From assembly GCF_002571385.2 (NCBI RefSeq), contig NW_019217826.1:1-64000 (forward strand): 64,000 bases of DNA, written 5' to 3'. The position numbers were made by a program, and so were the translations under genes. Numbering within the stretch: the stretch's first letter is position 1; the number at the start of each line of letters is the position of its first letter. Below, one piece after another: positions 1 through 12,350 of the stretch. The notes beneath the pieces were generated by a model that had not been told where the DNA came from, searched no databases, and saw only the letters and a program-made list of their open reading frames with translations. Source of the DNA: Stylophora pistillata (Eukaryota).

Positions 1-90
1 CATATTCTTCTCAATTATTTTAAGACCCTGAGTGTTGGTCCGGCTTGGGCTCGAACCCTCGACCTCCCGCACAACAGTCCAGCGCTCTAT
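1..90 (-). mobile_element. tRNA-derived SINE (family A), partial copy cut by the window edge
   Basis: Near-identical to the head/core of the copies at 15.1, 31.0 and 45.8 kb (taagaccctgagtgttggtccggc...gggctcgaaccctcgacctcccgcacaacagtccagcgctcta). Confidence 0.85.
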
Positions 91-2190
91 AGTGCCAATG
101 TTTCCTATGACAACCCTTGCATTCGGTTAGAAAGAGAATAACAATTAAAAAAAAAACAAAAACTTGTTCTTGTCATGAAATGATTTGGCCGTGGTTTAAT
201 AAACTGAGGTGATAATGTAAATTGCATGGCTACAGGAAAGAGTTTCTATAGCTGACGTCTCAACTCGATAAAAACAATCTTGTAATACCTACCACCGACG
301 CAACTGTCCTCATCATAGCCTTGTAGCGTCATGCTTTAAAATTGCTTCTTGAATAACCTACTTGATCCACGGTTTCATAACTGTTATCTTTTGATTTTTG
401 CACCCTCAAGACACCATGAGGCCATCAGGGAAGTCCCGGAAACAACTGGTTGAAGAAATGGAAGTCCTTATGGCAGCCAAGGGCAGGGTCGCAAAGTGCA
501 AAACAGGCGTCGAGATCCATTCGAAATCCGATCTGCATCAGTTCGCTTCCTCCATGGCCATTCCTCGTCGCTTTAGACGTGGGGGAAGGATAACCATTGA
601 GGCGTTTTGCGTTCGAATCACTATTGAGTGGGAGTAGCTGAACGAAAATAGAAAACGAGTTTCCATTGTTCTCTCTTAAGTCTCAGTAATTCTAGTTTTA
701 GCATTGTCATAGACTTTAACTTAACGAAGTTAAGTTTTGATTTCAATAAAAGTTGTCTTTAAAATCTGTGTTAAAGTTCTTTGTATCTGATTGTGGGCTT
801 TCGTCTTTGTGTGCGCGACCGTTGCTCTGCTGGAAAGTTTTCTTTTTTTTTCGCCGCTCAAAGATACAAGAGAGAAGTTTTAAAGTGGGCCCGAGATGCT
901 GATTCAAGTAAAGAGCCTGATAATGCAGAAACGATAGCACATTAGCACATGACTTTGTTAACGCTTCGTCTTGAACATTCCATTGCGAAGTGCATTGAAT
1001 TCCTGGTTTAGTCAAGTCAAAAACGAGTGCACAACTTGTTTATCATAGCGAGTCTCGCAGCGCACGCAAGGCGCCTAAATAAAACTCAGTGCAACGCTTT
1101 AATTAAACGCAGAAGTGCTCTTTGATTGTTTCATATGGACACAGTAAAGCACTTGGGTAAAGCAGAGTACAGGAACTTGGTTAAGCACATTACAGCGTTT
1201 GCTTACGCATAGCACCACGCGTTGATTAGTCACAAGATAGTGCTTGATTTGCCATAGTACGGCGCTTTGTTTGATCTCAGTACAGGGATCGATTTGGACA
1301 CAACACTCTGAAAAGCAGGGAAGACCGTTTCGATAAGGCAGATTATTGCCTTGTAGTTTAGCTCAGTAAAATGCTGTGCTCAGGAAAAGTGTAGCGCTCT
1401 TAAGGGGCTCGACAGTGATAGTCAATGATAGTCTTTTGGGGGATCTGTTCGATGCTCTTCGAAATAAAACGTCGCTCTGAATTTGGAACATCTTTTACAA
1501 AGGAAGAAGGACCAGCAGATATATTTTCAGAGTATATTAAACCAGTATAAACACAATCTAGGGTACCCAACTTCATTAGCATAGATCTTCTTTTTACGGC
1601 TTTACTTTACATGCAACTTCATCACCTTCCCCAATCTCTATCTCTTCAACTGTTTTATTGGTCTCGTTCCCACTGTGAACACAATTAATAGCCAATTATA
1701 ATTAGCAAGCAAACGGGTACACATTTTAAGATTGTTTGTGGGTCACGCGAAGAGGTTAAATTTGGGAGAAAGAATATCACTTAGGCGACAATGTAGCAGT
1801 CTTTTTTTCCCTTTTTTTTTTAAGCTTTTTCCTTCGAAAACTAAAACAAGAAATTCCAGCCGAGAAAGCACACTTAATAATTTTCAGCATTTTAACCCTG
1901 CTTTTATTGCGTCCCATTTTGTTGTAATTAACCAACAGTTCTATGACACAATTATAACTAGGAGAAGTTTAAATTTTCTTGATTAGAACCTGTAACTTAA
2001 GGGAAAATCTCTGGGTCCCTTTTTCAACAAAGCATCCGCTACTCCTCCCCTTAGGGTATGCAGAGTGTTACAAAATTATCCAGCTCTACTTAGCAGAACA
2101 GTAGCAGGAACATTTTCCCATCTTGGGTATAAAAAATTGTCCAATAGCCCAGTTTTGAATGAGGCTACAATTTGCAATACATTTTTAGTA

Positions 2191-2443
2191 TAGGCACCAT
2201 TCTTTATTCATAGCTTGAGGGGTTGGGGGATGGTTACAGGTTTTTCAGCGGGAATGGAGGGGAGATCAGTCGTCGTTAAGAGGATATAAAGGGAGGGGGG
2301 ATAAAGGAAAATGACCGCAAATGAGGAGGGACCTATAGAATACTACAGAGCCTTACGGGATCGGGTAGATTTTATTGTGACCCACCAAAATTCCTCCATC
2401 CCACTTCCCCTCTACCGGCGGTGATAAATAAAGACTGGTTCCT
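2191..2443. mobile_element. Degenerate MITE-like dispersed repeat
   Basis: Imperfect terminal inverted ends (taggcaccattctttattcat / ataaataaagactggttccta). A related diverged copy lies at about 39940-40175. Confidence 0.45.
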
Positions 2444-4157
2444 AAGCGTATCCCGATTTCTTTCTTACCCCGGGGCTCATTTCTTTAAAGACCCGGTAAC
2501 TTTACGAACCTAAAAAGCTGAAAGCTGTTTGACGTGTGTCACTCAAGATCGAGCAACTGACAACTTTGAAATTCAAACTATGAAAATATTAGGGAAAAAA
2601 ACAGAATGAACCGACTTTCGAGCTGAGATCCACATTATCATTCTCCAGAATAAAGTTTGAAAAAATGATTAACCAAACATACTGGTATAATTAAAAAGAA
2701 GAACTCTGAAAACCACACCCTTGAGCTTGAGTCTTATTGATGCTCCGAAGTTTATAAGGCAACTTCAAGACTTTTTTTGTGCAAAATTGAGCGAAAGCGG
2801 GCAATTCCTAGGAGGCATGACTTGACCTACCATACCCTTACTGCCCATTCGCGTTGCCAATCAGAAGGCAGGATTCCCGTAATTATCCTTACTAGGCGAG
2901 CGAATCAGAAACCGGATTACCGTTATTTTCCGCACTCGTCGAGCCAACTAACTTGATAGAGGAGCCATACTTTGTAGGGCGTTTTCATGGCGCCATTTTC
3001 AACTTCAAAATAAAAGCAACTCGATGGCAGAGATTGTTCGGTGATCAAAAACGAGATAAAAATCATTAGTCACATCACGTTTCTTTGTCGTAGTGATTCC
3101 ACTTTTAAGTCTAGCCTTTCCTCGGCGTTTAGGAAGCAAACATGTACAATTAAGAGCTAAAAAATGAAAGTAGAAAATTTTGGGGACTCTTCATGCCACG
3201 TGTTAGCAGCTTTGTTCCTGAGCAAAAGTACAAATGATATTGTTTTGAGTATCATGATAACAACGAGCGCTTTCTATTATCACGATCTTCACGAACATTC
3301 CTTGCAATTCCATATTATCGATTAATAAAGCTTCTAAACAGGAAGAGTGGTTCATTTTCTTTGGATTGAAATAAAATGACAATTTACACATAATATAGAT
3401 TTTATGATGCGCAATGCAGTACTATGGTGGGAACAGCACGCAAATAAGTCGCCTGAAAGGGCGCCTGTTCCTTTGTATTGGGTATTACCTCAGTGCAAGC
3501 GTGCCAACGACCGCCAACAACCATAGATCGCCAATTCAAAGCCGTATGTTATCAGGTTCGAACTGATCAGCGGAATTTATTTTGAGTTTAAACTGAGTTT
3601 CAAACGATCAAATTAGTGAATCTTGCTAAATCGGAAGGGGTATAATGATGAAATACGTGACAACAGTTCTTTTCATAAATAGCACGCGTAACCTAAGATC
3701 CTTTAAGAGTAATACCCTCTTGTTAGAATATAAAGCTGTAATACTAGATTACTTTCCGGATGTACTCTTAGAAGAAGCTTGGGAATTGTGCTCTTGCAAA
3801 TTAACTGGGTCCTAAGGCCCATGAATATCAGAGACAAAAATGCAGGACTAAAATGTGGTGCTAGCCCAAGAATTTAAAACATGGACCGTGACGCCATGTT
3901 TCATGACATAGTGGAATAGATAAAACTGGCTATGGCCCGGACTGTTCATTGACACATTTATTTTAAAGGTCCCAGCTCCATAGCTTGTCTTGATATCTTT
4001 CTTTCGCCTGAAAGCATAATATGCTTATATCCGGAAGCTGTAGAAGGCCGCCTATAGATAATTTAAAGCGTTCAGAAGGCGTTCGCATTTGAAAACCGGT
4101 ATCGTATACCAAGATGCATTACTTCGTGCTCTAGGTTTTCTCAACGAACATGTGATA

Positions 4158-4418
4158 CGTATGATGCACGATCCTCGCAGTAGAGAGCGCAATTTATGCA
4201 ATAGCGAAAATCAGACCTGAAAAAAATCAGGCCTGTACGGGATTCTAACCACTGACTTCTGCGATACTAGTGTAGCGCTCTACCAATTGAGTTAACAAGC
4301 CAACTGGGAGCAGGCCGTTAAGTTGATTCGTAATAAACCCGTGATGATAAATCAGATACAATGAATATATGAACTTCATATATTCATTGTATATGAACTT
4401 CATATATTCATTGTATCT
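4158..4418 (-). mobile_element. Solo copy of the pseudo-tRNA-Thr repeat (family B) with 12-bp TSD
   Basis: Matches the 247-bp unit at 14292-15090. tRNA-like module at 4229-4301. Flanked by the direct repeat gaacatgtgata (4146-4157 and 4419-4430). Ends in a fold-back (cagatacaatgaatatatgaa...ttcatatattcattgtatctg). Confidence 0.8.
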
Positions 4419-4689
4419 GAACATGTGATAATTAGCGAAATATGTTTGCCTCGCACTAGGATAAGGGCAAAAGTGTGATCATTCCATGGGAAGTACTGAT
4501 GAAAGGGTCAAAATCTATGATCTATTTTAAGACAGGGAAGGGCGAATCAATGGCATATTCTTATACAGTTTATGTATGTTCCAGAAGCGCTTGGCCGACT
4601 TTGTAAGGCTCCAACAGAAGACTACTTATGGCCTCAAAATCACATGAATGTTAAAATTGTCTCGATGTAAAGCAGCCACGAAGAATCTG

Positions 4690-4880
4690 AGCCTGATCTT
4701 AGAGAGAAAAGAGATTTTAAACCTCACACTTTCCTTGGGTGCTAGAAATAAAAGCTGGGCTTTGATTGGACAGAAAAGAACTTGGGAGGAAACTGCGCTT
4801 TTGTTGGTGAGAGAAGCTCATTATGATTGAAAGAAACAAAACTCTAATTATGGTGACGACAGTGCTCCGATTGAGAGAAA
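4690..4880. repeat. Eroded relic of the 21-22-bp satellite
   Basis: Degenerate units such as aaagctgggctttgattgg, aaactgcgcttttgttgg and aaagttgtgctttacaatt resemble the 8.3-12.5 kb array. Confidence 0.5.
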
Positions 4881-6440
4881 GTTGTGCTTTACAATTAATT
4901 AATAAGCAGAGAAACCGTTTTAGTCAGAAAGAGAACAGCGCAATGTTCAGGCAAGCAACAGTGAATTGTTTTTTGGGGTTTGGGTTCGGAGAATATCGCT
5001 TGTTGTTGTTACTGTTAATTTTGCTCTGTTTGCGCAGAGAATAGCCCGTTTCTTGGAGACGGACCAACGCTTAGGTTAAGTAGAGAAGAGCGACTAGTTT
5101 CCTATTGCAACAGCGATTTGAGCAGGCATAGAACAAGTGAGAGGGTAGAGTTTCTCGTCATCCACTGTCTGCAACAGCCGAAGTTGTTGCACACGGAGAA
5201 TTGGATGTTAACAAGCACGCGGCACGTGACTTTAAAATTTCCTCCTCCTCTACTGTCACAATTTCCTAATTATAAACAGTGCGATAATGAACAAGCAAAT
5301 CAAAGACTTATGAATGTTTTGTACCGTACAAAAGTTATATTTGCTGATTTTAGCAAATGTCTAAACTAATAAACAACAGAAGAGAGAAACGCTACGATTT
5401 TCCCATCAAAATTTCGCCTACATATATACTTCTCCATCAACGTGAAATGTTCCATTCCTACTTAAAATCTCGAGAATCATAGCTTCCTTGATCAATTGTC
5501 TTTTATGAATAGCTGTAAAATGTGGGTTTATTTGCTTAGGTGACCGCTTAAAGCCACAATTGCATGACAGGCGTAGTTGAGAGAAGCTTGTCACAGTCGC
5601 AGATTTTAAAGGCATCCAAGACAAAAATATGGCAGTGCCCAAACACTTTTTTTATACATTCAGAGATGAAATGATGGATCATAAAGGGGCATTAAATTAA
5701 GAGTTGTAGCTTTCTGGCAAGCGGAGATACTGATTTGACCTTAAAATTTTTAAATATTTGAATAAATCGAAAAGTTTAAAAGCACAGCTATTTGCCTTGG
5801 TTTATTGACAAGCCGTCAATTAAATTGACTGATACTTGCGCCGTGCATTCATAAAGGATGTAACAATTAGGTCATACCATTACAGTGAGGGCTTCATTAA
5901 TTTTACCTATTTTAAAGCGATTTCCTCGGTGAAAACCTAGAAAAACTGGGGGAGGGGAAGTTGGTGTATCTTCCCAGAAATAACCAGAACAGAAACCAGT
6001 TTGTCTGTTTGAGGTTTGGGGTAAACCCTTAAAACGGGCAATGGTTTACTGAAACCGGGGAGAAGGTATGTAGCACGACTGCCCGGTTGCCTGGTGCAAT
6101 CGAGGACACACTCTTAAGTGTCATTTTTTTTTTTTTTTCGCAAATCAAACGCTGTTAAGCTTACGCTGAGAAAAAAGTCAGGAGAAAAAATGGTGTTTTA
6201 AAACGCTTTGCGAGACAATTTCTAGGGACTCGAGAACTTCATCCGAAACGGATTGTTACAAAGTTTTTGAAATAAAGGCTTTCCACTCCTAATGTTACAC
6301 TATCTTGTGCCATAGAATAAAAAAAATATCCTCATTTTTTGCACGCCAGGGATATTAAGTACTCCCTATTTGCACTTGATTTTCAAATTTTGTGATGCTG
6401 ACTAAACCAGTATTAAAAAGATCACTCACAATTGAAAGTT

Positions 6441-7182
6441 TTATTGCTTATCAAAATCATGACGTTTAGTATTATTGATTATGACTATGACATAGCACCC
6501 TGTGCACCCATTGCAAGGGTTTCCCGCGTCCCGTTTAGACATAGCTTTCTGACCGTCGTCTGAGCAACTCTGATCTCCCGGGAAGTGAATCTCAAGTCCC
6601 ACCTTACACTTCCGCATGTTTGTTAGGTGCCTGTATTTTACTTCCTTTTTAAACTGTTTTACCATATCTTTTCCTATCATGGCTGTCAAAGAACAGAATA
6701 GAGAAGCAGTATTAAACTCAGTGCATACTATATCTAATGTTTGACTAAGTATAGTAGAAATTACTATAAGCACATCTCTTATCAATCCGTGGATTGACAT
6801 TTTTGTAGTTTGTTGTTCAAGTAAGGGGGGATCAAAAACTTAGTTTAGTTGTCGTACCTGGGAATAAGCGTCTCGATTCTTTTTCGACTTTCAACGCTTT
6901 ATGGCAATTGACTTGTTTGTACAATAAATGGATTTTCTAAAGGTAAAGAAAATGAATGTAGTCAGATTAGTTGGAAATTTCTTACTTTGGCAGGCCATAA
7001 TGGATCACTTACCTGATATTTTTGTTTGCCACCTTCCCCCTCAACAAATTTCCTAATGACTTCCTTTTTGTAACCGCGTCCTGTAAGGTTTGCTTCCTGC
7101 AACATTTTATGCATCTCTTTATCTGAGGCTCGAAAGTTGTGATCGAATAATCTCATTTCCAAGACTTCGTCAGCTCTTATAT
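6441..7182 (-). CDS. Secreted-precursor paralogue 1 (unrecognised family), exons 2-4; first coding exon not located
   Basis: GT-AG exons 7182-7013 (DIRADEVLEMRLF...GYKKE...KYQ), 6936-6858 (KIHLLYKQVNCHKAL...LFP) and 6682-6441 (AMIGKDMVKQFKKEVKYRHL...CKVGLEIHFPGDQSC...SKR DAGNPCNGCTGCYVIVIINNT KR HDFDKQ*) join in frame. Intron phases 1/0/1 are identical to the paralogue at 17.3-18.8 kb. Confidence 0.8.
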
Positions 7183-7226
7183 CTGTATAAACGGATAGCA
7201 TAAATAAATAAGTAGTAGTATAGTGG

Positions 7227-7372
7227 ATAAAGGCTGATAGTTTCGAAAGAAACTGTTTGGGGCTGCGTCGGTGGGAGTAACGAAATAATTTGGATATATC
7301 AACAAAGTTGAAATGGTAAATTGGCCACCGTAATGATTGCAAAAGCTGACGTTTCGAGCGTTAGCCCTTCGT
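7227..7372 (-). mobile_element. 5'-truncated Penelope-like terminal fragment in an intron of paralogue 1
   Basis: Matches 9827-9965. 11-bp TSD tagtatagtgg (7216-7226 and 7373-7383). Truncated inside the hammerhead core. Confidence 0.8.
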
Positions 7373-9826
7373 TAGTATAGTGGGCCTGACTAGCACATCC
7401 CGCGGGGTCTGGGTCCGAGTGTCTCGGCCGAGGATATTTTATTCGTACCGTGTAGGAGTACGAGGGGTTATTATTCAGGACGTATGACTTTTACGTTTAA
7501 AAAATGTAAGAGGTGTACGATCGTAAGACACAGGGATTGACAAGCTGTCAAAGTGTTAGGGTAGACCTTGTCGCTATAAACTCTTGGTCAGTATTATAAT
7601 GTCTGACTTTTACGATTTCTCCTGTGATTGCGGTTAATGCGACTGGTGTGTACTAAAAGAAGAAGAAAAAGAGAGAGAAGCGTTTTGGCAGGACAATTTA
7701 AAAATAATAAGAGCACTCTAGAAACCAAAGTGGATAGACGAAATATGAGTGTTTCTTATGAATGATACATAGTATCACGNNNNNNNNNNNNNNNNNNAAA
7801 ACAGTTTATTACAGTGATACTATATCATTCTATGTACACTCTTTCCTTCTCTTCCTCTTTCCTGCTGCTGCGCGCGCGTCCGGAATGCGGTCGCGTAGCG
7901 ACCGTGGCAATGTTTCCACGTTTTAGTCATGTTTCGTCACATGTAAAGCAAGTCCATATCATATGAGCTAAATAAGTCTTTGGATTATGCTCCTTGTAAT
8001 TCTTCCAATCGCTTTATCACATATAGATGTCGAGGTTTTGTGTAAAACGTGCTTGTATATAGGTACTTGCTATGTTGCCTCTCTTTTACCGCTTTTATTT
8101 TGTGTTTAAACGGAGTATCCAGGAACGGTTTGATTGTATTTATCTTCTCTTTGACTTCTATGTAGGGATAAATTTCAGTGAGATACACCACTTGTCTGAT
8201 TGGATGAAATCGAACTTTCTTGATCATCACTTTGGTCCCATGTATGTAGAAAGTACTGTAGAAAGAGCTGTACTTTAATTAAAGAGAGAGCTGCGCTTTT
8301 TATCAAAAAGAGAGATGCACTTTGATCAAAGCGAGATCTGCCTTAAGATTAGGGAGACAGCTGTTCTTTGATTAGGAAAGGATCTGCGCTATAATCTGGG
8401 ATAGAGCTGGGCTTTGGTTAGAAAAAGATGCGTACTTTGATAAAGGGATAGCTGCGCTATGATTAGGGATAGAGAGCCGCGTTTTTATTAGAGAGAGAGT
8501 TGCGCTTTGGTTAATGAAAGAGCTGCGCTTTGAGTAGAGATAGAACTGAGCTTTAATCAGAGAGAGCGGAGCTTTGATTAGTGAAAGAGTTTTATTTTGA
8601 TTAGGGAGAAAGCTTCGGTTGATTAGAGAGAGACCTACGCTTTAGTTAGGGATAAAGCTGTGCTTTGATTAGAGAGAGGGCTGCGCTTTTATTAGAGAAA
8701 GAGCTGAACTTTGATTAAAGAGTGATGCGATTTCATAAGATTGTGAGCTGTCCTTTAATTAGAAAGAAAGCTGCGCTTTAATTAGAGAGAGAGAGCTGCT
8801 GTACTTTGATTAGAAAGAGACAGGATCGCTTTAATTAGGGAGAGAGCTCCGCTTTGATTAAAGAGAGAGTTGTGCTTGGATTAGAGAGAGTGGCACTTTG
8901 ATTAAAGAAAGAGCTGCGCCTTGATTAGAGAGAGCTGCACCTCTATTAGAGAAAGAGCTGTACTTTGAATTAGAGAGAGAGCTACCCTTTAATTAGAGAG
9001 AGAACTGTACTTTGATAAGAAAAAGAGCAGCCCTTTAATTAGAAAAGGGGCTACACTTTGATTAGAGAGAGAGTAGCGCTTGGATTAGAGAGAGCTGCGC
9101 CTTAATTAGACATAGAGCTACACTTTTATTAGGGAAAGAGCTTTACTTTGATTAGGGAGAAAGCTGCGCCTTGATTAGAGAGAGATTTGCGCTTTAATTA
9201 GGGATAGAGCTGCGCTTTGACTACAGAAAAAGCTGCGCATTGATTAAGAATGGATTTGTGCTTTGATTAGATGGAGAGGTGCGCTTCGATTAGTGATAGT
9301 GCTGCGCTTTGAGTAGTGATAGAGATGTGCTTTAATCAGTGAGAGCTGATCTTTGGTCAGAGAAAGAGCTGTACTTTAATTAGAAGAAGAGCTGCGGTTT
9401 GATTAGAGGGAGACCTGCACTTTGATTAGGGATAGAGCTGTGCTTTGATTAGAGAGAGTTCTGCGATTTGATAAGAGAAAGAGGCGTACTTTGATTAGAG
9501 AGAGCTGCGCTTTGATTATAGTGGGAGCTGCGCTTTGAATAAAGAGAGAGTTACGCTTGGATTAGAAAGAGAGTTGCACTTTTATTAGAGAGAGAGCTGA
9601 GCTAGGATTGGAGATAGCTGCAATTTTATCAGAGAAATAGCTGTATTTTGAATAGGGAGAGAGCTGCGCTTTCAGTAGAAAAAGAGCTGTACCTTGATTA
9701 GAGAAAGAGAGATGCGATTTCATAGGAGTGGGAGCTCTGCTTTAATTACAGAGAGAGTTGCACTTTGATTAGAGAGAGAGCTGCGCCTTGAATAAAGAGA
9801 GAGAGCTGCACTTTTATTAGAGAAAG

Positions 9827-10612
9827 GCTGATAGTTTTTAAAGAAACTGTTTGGGGCTGAGTCGGTGGGAGTAAAGAAATAATTTGGATATATCAACAAA
9901 GTTGAAATGGTAAATTGGCCACCGTAACGATTACAAAAGCTGACGTTTCGAGCGTTAGCCCTTCGTCGGAGCGAATAGAGGAATTGTGGGTTGTGTGTGC
10001 TTTTAAAGGCAGAAAATGGAGCTACGTTATTGGTGGGAACATGGCAACGAGAAAAACAAGAATAAATTAGTGGAATGAAAAGCGTTCGTTGATCCCTGTG
10101 GGATTTAGACTGCCGGTTTGAAAGATGAGCTTTTGTTCAAGATTTTTACGGCTTTCCGTGCTACCTAAGTGTAAGGAAAGACCGCAGATTGCCATATGTT
10201 GCTTAGAATGATTAGGTAAATTAAAATGTCTAGCGACTGGTTTCGATGTGTCCTTGTCATTCCTTTCCACGTCTCGAAGGTGTTCTCGGAATCGGTCACC
10301 TAGTCTTCTGCCTGTTTCGCCGATGTATATCTTTTTGCAATAAGTGCAAGTTATGCAATAGATTACATTGGCGGAGGTGCACGTGAAGTGATCGGTGATC
10401 TTAATGGATCGTTTAGGTCCCAATATTTTATCAGTGTTGTGAATGAAAGGACATGTTTTGCATCGTGCACGAGTGCATTTAAAAGTGCCTGGTTGGTCAT
10501 TAGTCTGAATAGAACTTCTGACCAAAAAATTGCCTATGTTTTTGTCGCGTTTGAATGAAATGAGCGGAGACTGCGAAAAGATAGTGCTTGTCTCTGGATC
10601 GTTTTGAAGTAA
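9827..10612 (-). mobile_element. 5'-truncated Penelope-like retroelement (GIY-YIG endonuclease end plus 3' terminal region)
   Basis: The ORF ending at 10067 has CxxxRCxxC, NVIYCITC..C..IYIGETGRRLGDRFREH and ...P.GINER, typical of the PLE GIY-YIG domain. 14-bp flanking direct repeat tttattagagaaag (9813-9826, 10613-10626). Confidence 0.92.
9939..9972 (-). ncRNA. Minimal type I hammerhead ribozyme motif (Penelope-associated), CCGACGA core variant
   Basis: The minus strand reads GCU-CCGACGA-A-GGGC-UAAC-GCUC-GAAACGUC-AGC. Stem I is GCU/AGC, stem II GGGC/GCUC, stem III the palindromic ACGU, with a GUC cleavage triplet. PLEs are known to carry such minimal hammerheads. Confidence 0.7.
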
Positions 10613-12214
10613 TTTATTAGAGAAAGAACTGTTTTTTGAAGAGGGAAAGAGCTACACTTCAATTAGAGAGAGAGCTGCGCTTCGATTAGGGAGAGAGCTG
10701 CGCTTTAGAGAAAAAAGCTGCGCTTTGATTAAGAGTAGAGCTGTGCTTTGACAAGAGAGAGAGGTGCGCTTTGATTAAAGAGAGAACTGCGCTTTGGTTA
10801 GAGAAAGAGCTATGCTTTAATTAGAGACAGAGTTGACGTTTGATTAGGGATAGAGCTGCACTTTAATTAGGGAGAGACCTGCGCTTTGATTATAGAAAAA
10901 GCTGCGCTTTGATCAGAGAAAGAGAGAAAGAGCTGTACTGATTAGGGAAATTGCTGCGCTTTGACTAGAGGAGGAGCTACGCTTTGATTAAAGAAAGAGT
11001 TGCACTTCAAACTAGAATAAAGCTATACTTTGATTACAGAAAGCTGTGCTTTAATTAGAGACTGTTGTGTCTTTTGATAAATGATAGGCCTAAGCTCTCT
11101 TTACAGAGATAGCTGCGCTGCAATATGAGATAGAGCTGTGCTTTGATTAGGTATAGAGTTGCGCTTTTATTAGGAATGGAGCTGTGCTTTGATTGAAGAG
11201 AAAGCTGAGCTTTGAGAAGAAAGAGGACTTGCGTATTAATTAGTACTTTGATTAGGGAGAAGGCTGCACTTTCATCAGAGAAAGAGTTGCACTTTGATTA
11301 GGGAGAGAGCAGTGCTATAATTACAAAGGGAGCCGCACCTTTGATTAGAGTGAGAGCTGTGTTTTAATTGTAAAAAGAGCTGTACTTCGATTAGAGAGGG
11401 AGCCGCGCTTTTTACTAGAAAGAGTGTTGCGCTTTGCTTAGAGATAGAGCTGCTCTTTGATTAGAGAGAGATCTGCGCTTTTATTAGAAAGAGAGTTGCG
11501 ATTGATTAAAAAGGCATAGCTGCACTTTATTCGGAGAGAAAGCTGCACTTTTAATTAGAGAGAGAGAGCTGTACTTTGATAAGGAAGAGAGCTGCGCTTT
11601 TATCAGAGAGCGAGTTGCGCTTTGATTAGGGAAAGAGTGCTGCACTTTGACTAGAAAAAGAGCTACGTTTTTGTTAGGGAGAGATCTCCACTTAGATTAG
11701 GGAGACAGCTGTTTTTTAATTGTCAAAAGATCGGCGCTGCAAATTCGGGTAGAGCTGCGCTTTAATTAGAGAGAGAGCTGCATTCTAACAAGAGAGAGAG
11801 CTGCGCTTTGATTACTGGGAGCGCTGTGCTTTAATTAGAGGGAGAGATACACTTTGATTAGAGAAAGAGCTGTACTTTAATTGAAGAGAGAGCTGCGCCT
11901 TTAATTAGAGAGAGATCTGCGCTTTTATTAGAAAGAGAGTTGTGCATTGACTTGAGAGAGAGAGCTGCTCTTTGATTAGGGAGAGAGCTACACTTAGGTT
12001 AGGAATACAGCCGTTCTTTGATTTTGAAGAGATGTGCGCTTCAATTAGGGAGAGAGCTGTACTTTGATTAGAGAGAGAGCTTTACTTTGACTAGATAGAG
12101 AACTGCTTTTTGACCAAGTAGAAAGCGTTGCTTTGAATAGGGCGAGAGCTATTCTTTGATGAGTAAGACAGCTGTCCTTTGATTATGTATTTACTTGCGC
12201 TTTGATTAGGTAGA

Positions 12215-12350
12215 CCATGACAGGACGGAAAATGCGTGTACTGTAAGTACCTTCCGTTGTCCTCATACAAAGCCTTAGAAAAGTTTTCTAAGGCTTTGTA
12301 TGGGGCAACGGGGGGTACTTACAGTGCACGCATTTTCCTTCCTGTCATGG
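12215..12350. mobile_element. 136-bp near-perfect palindrome (fold-back MITE) inserted in the satellite
   Basis: Arms ccatgacagg...agccttagaaaa and ttttctaaggct...cctgtcatgg, 67-68 bp each, about 5 differences, 1-nt centre. Confidence 0.8.

Noticed and set aside
7985-8278. Overlapping short ORFs as the missing first exon of paralogue 1
   Set aside because: No signal-like hydrophobic core with a phase-1 donor on the minus strand.
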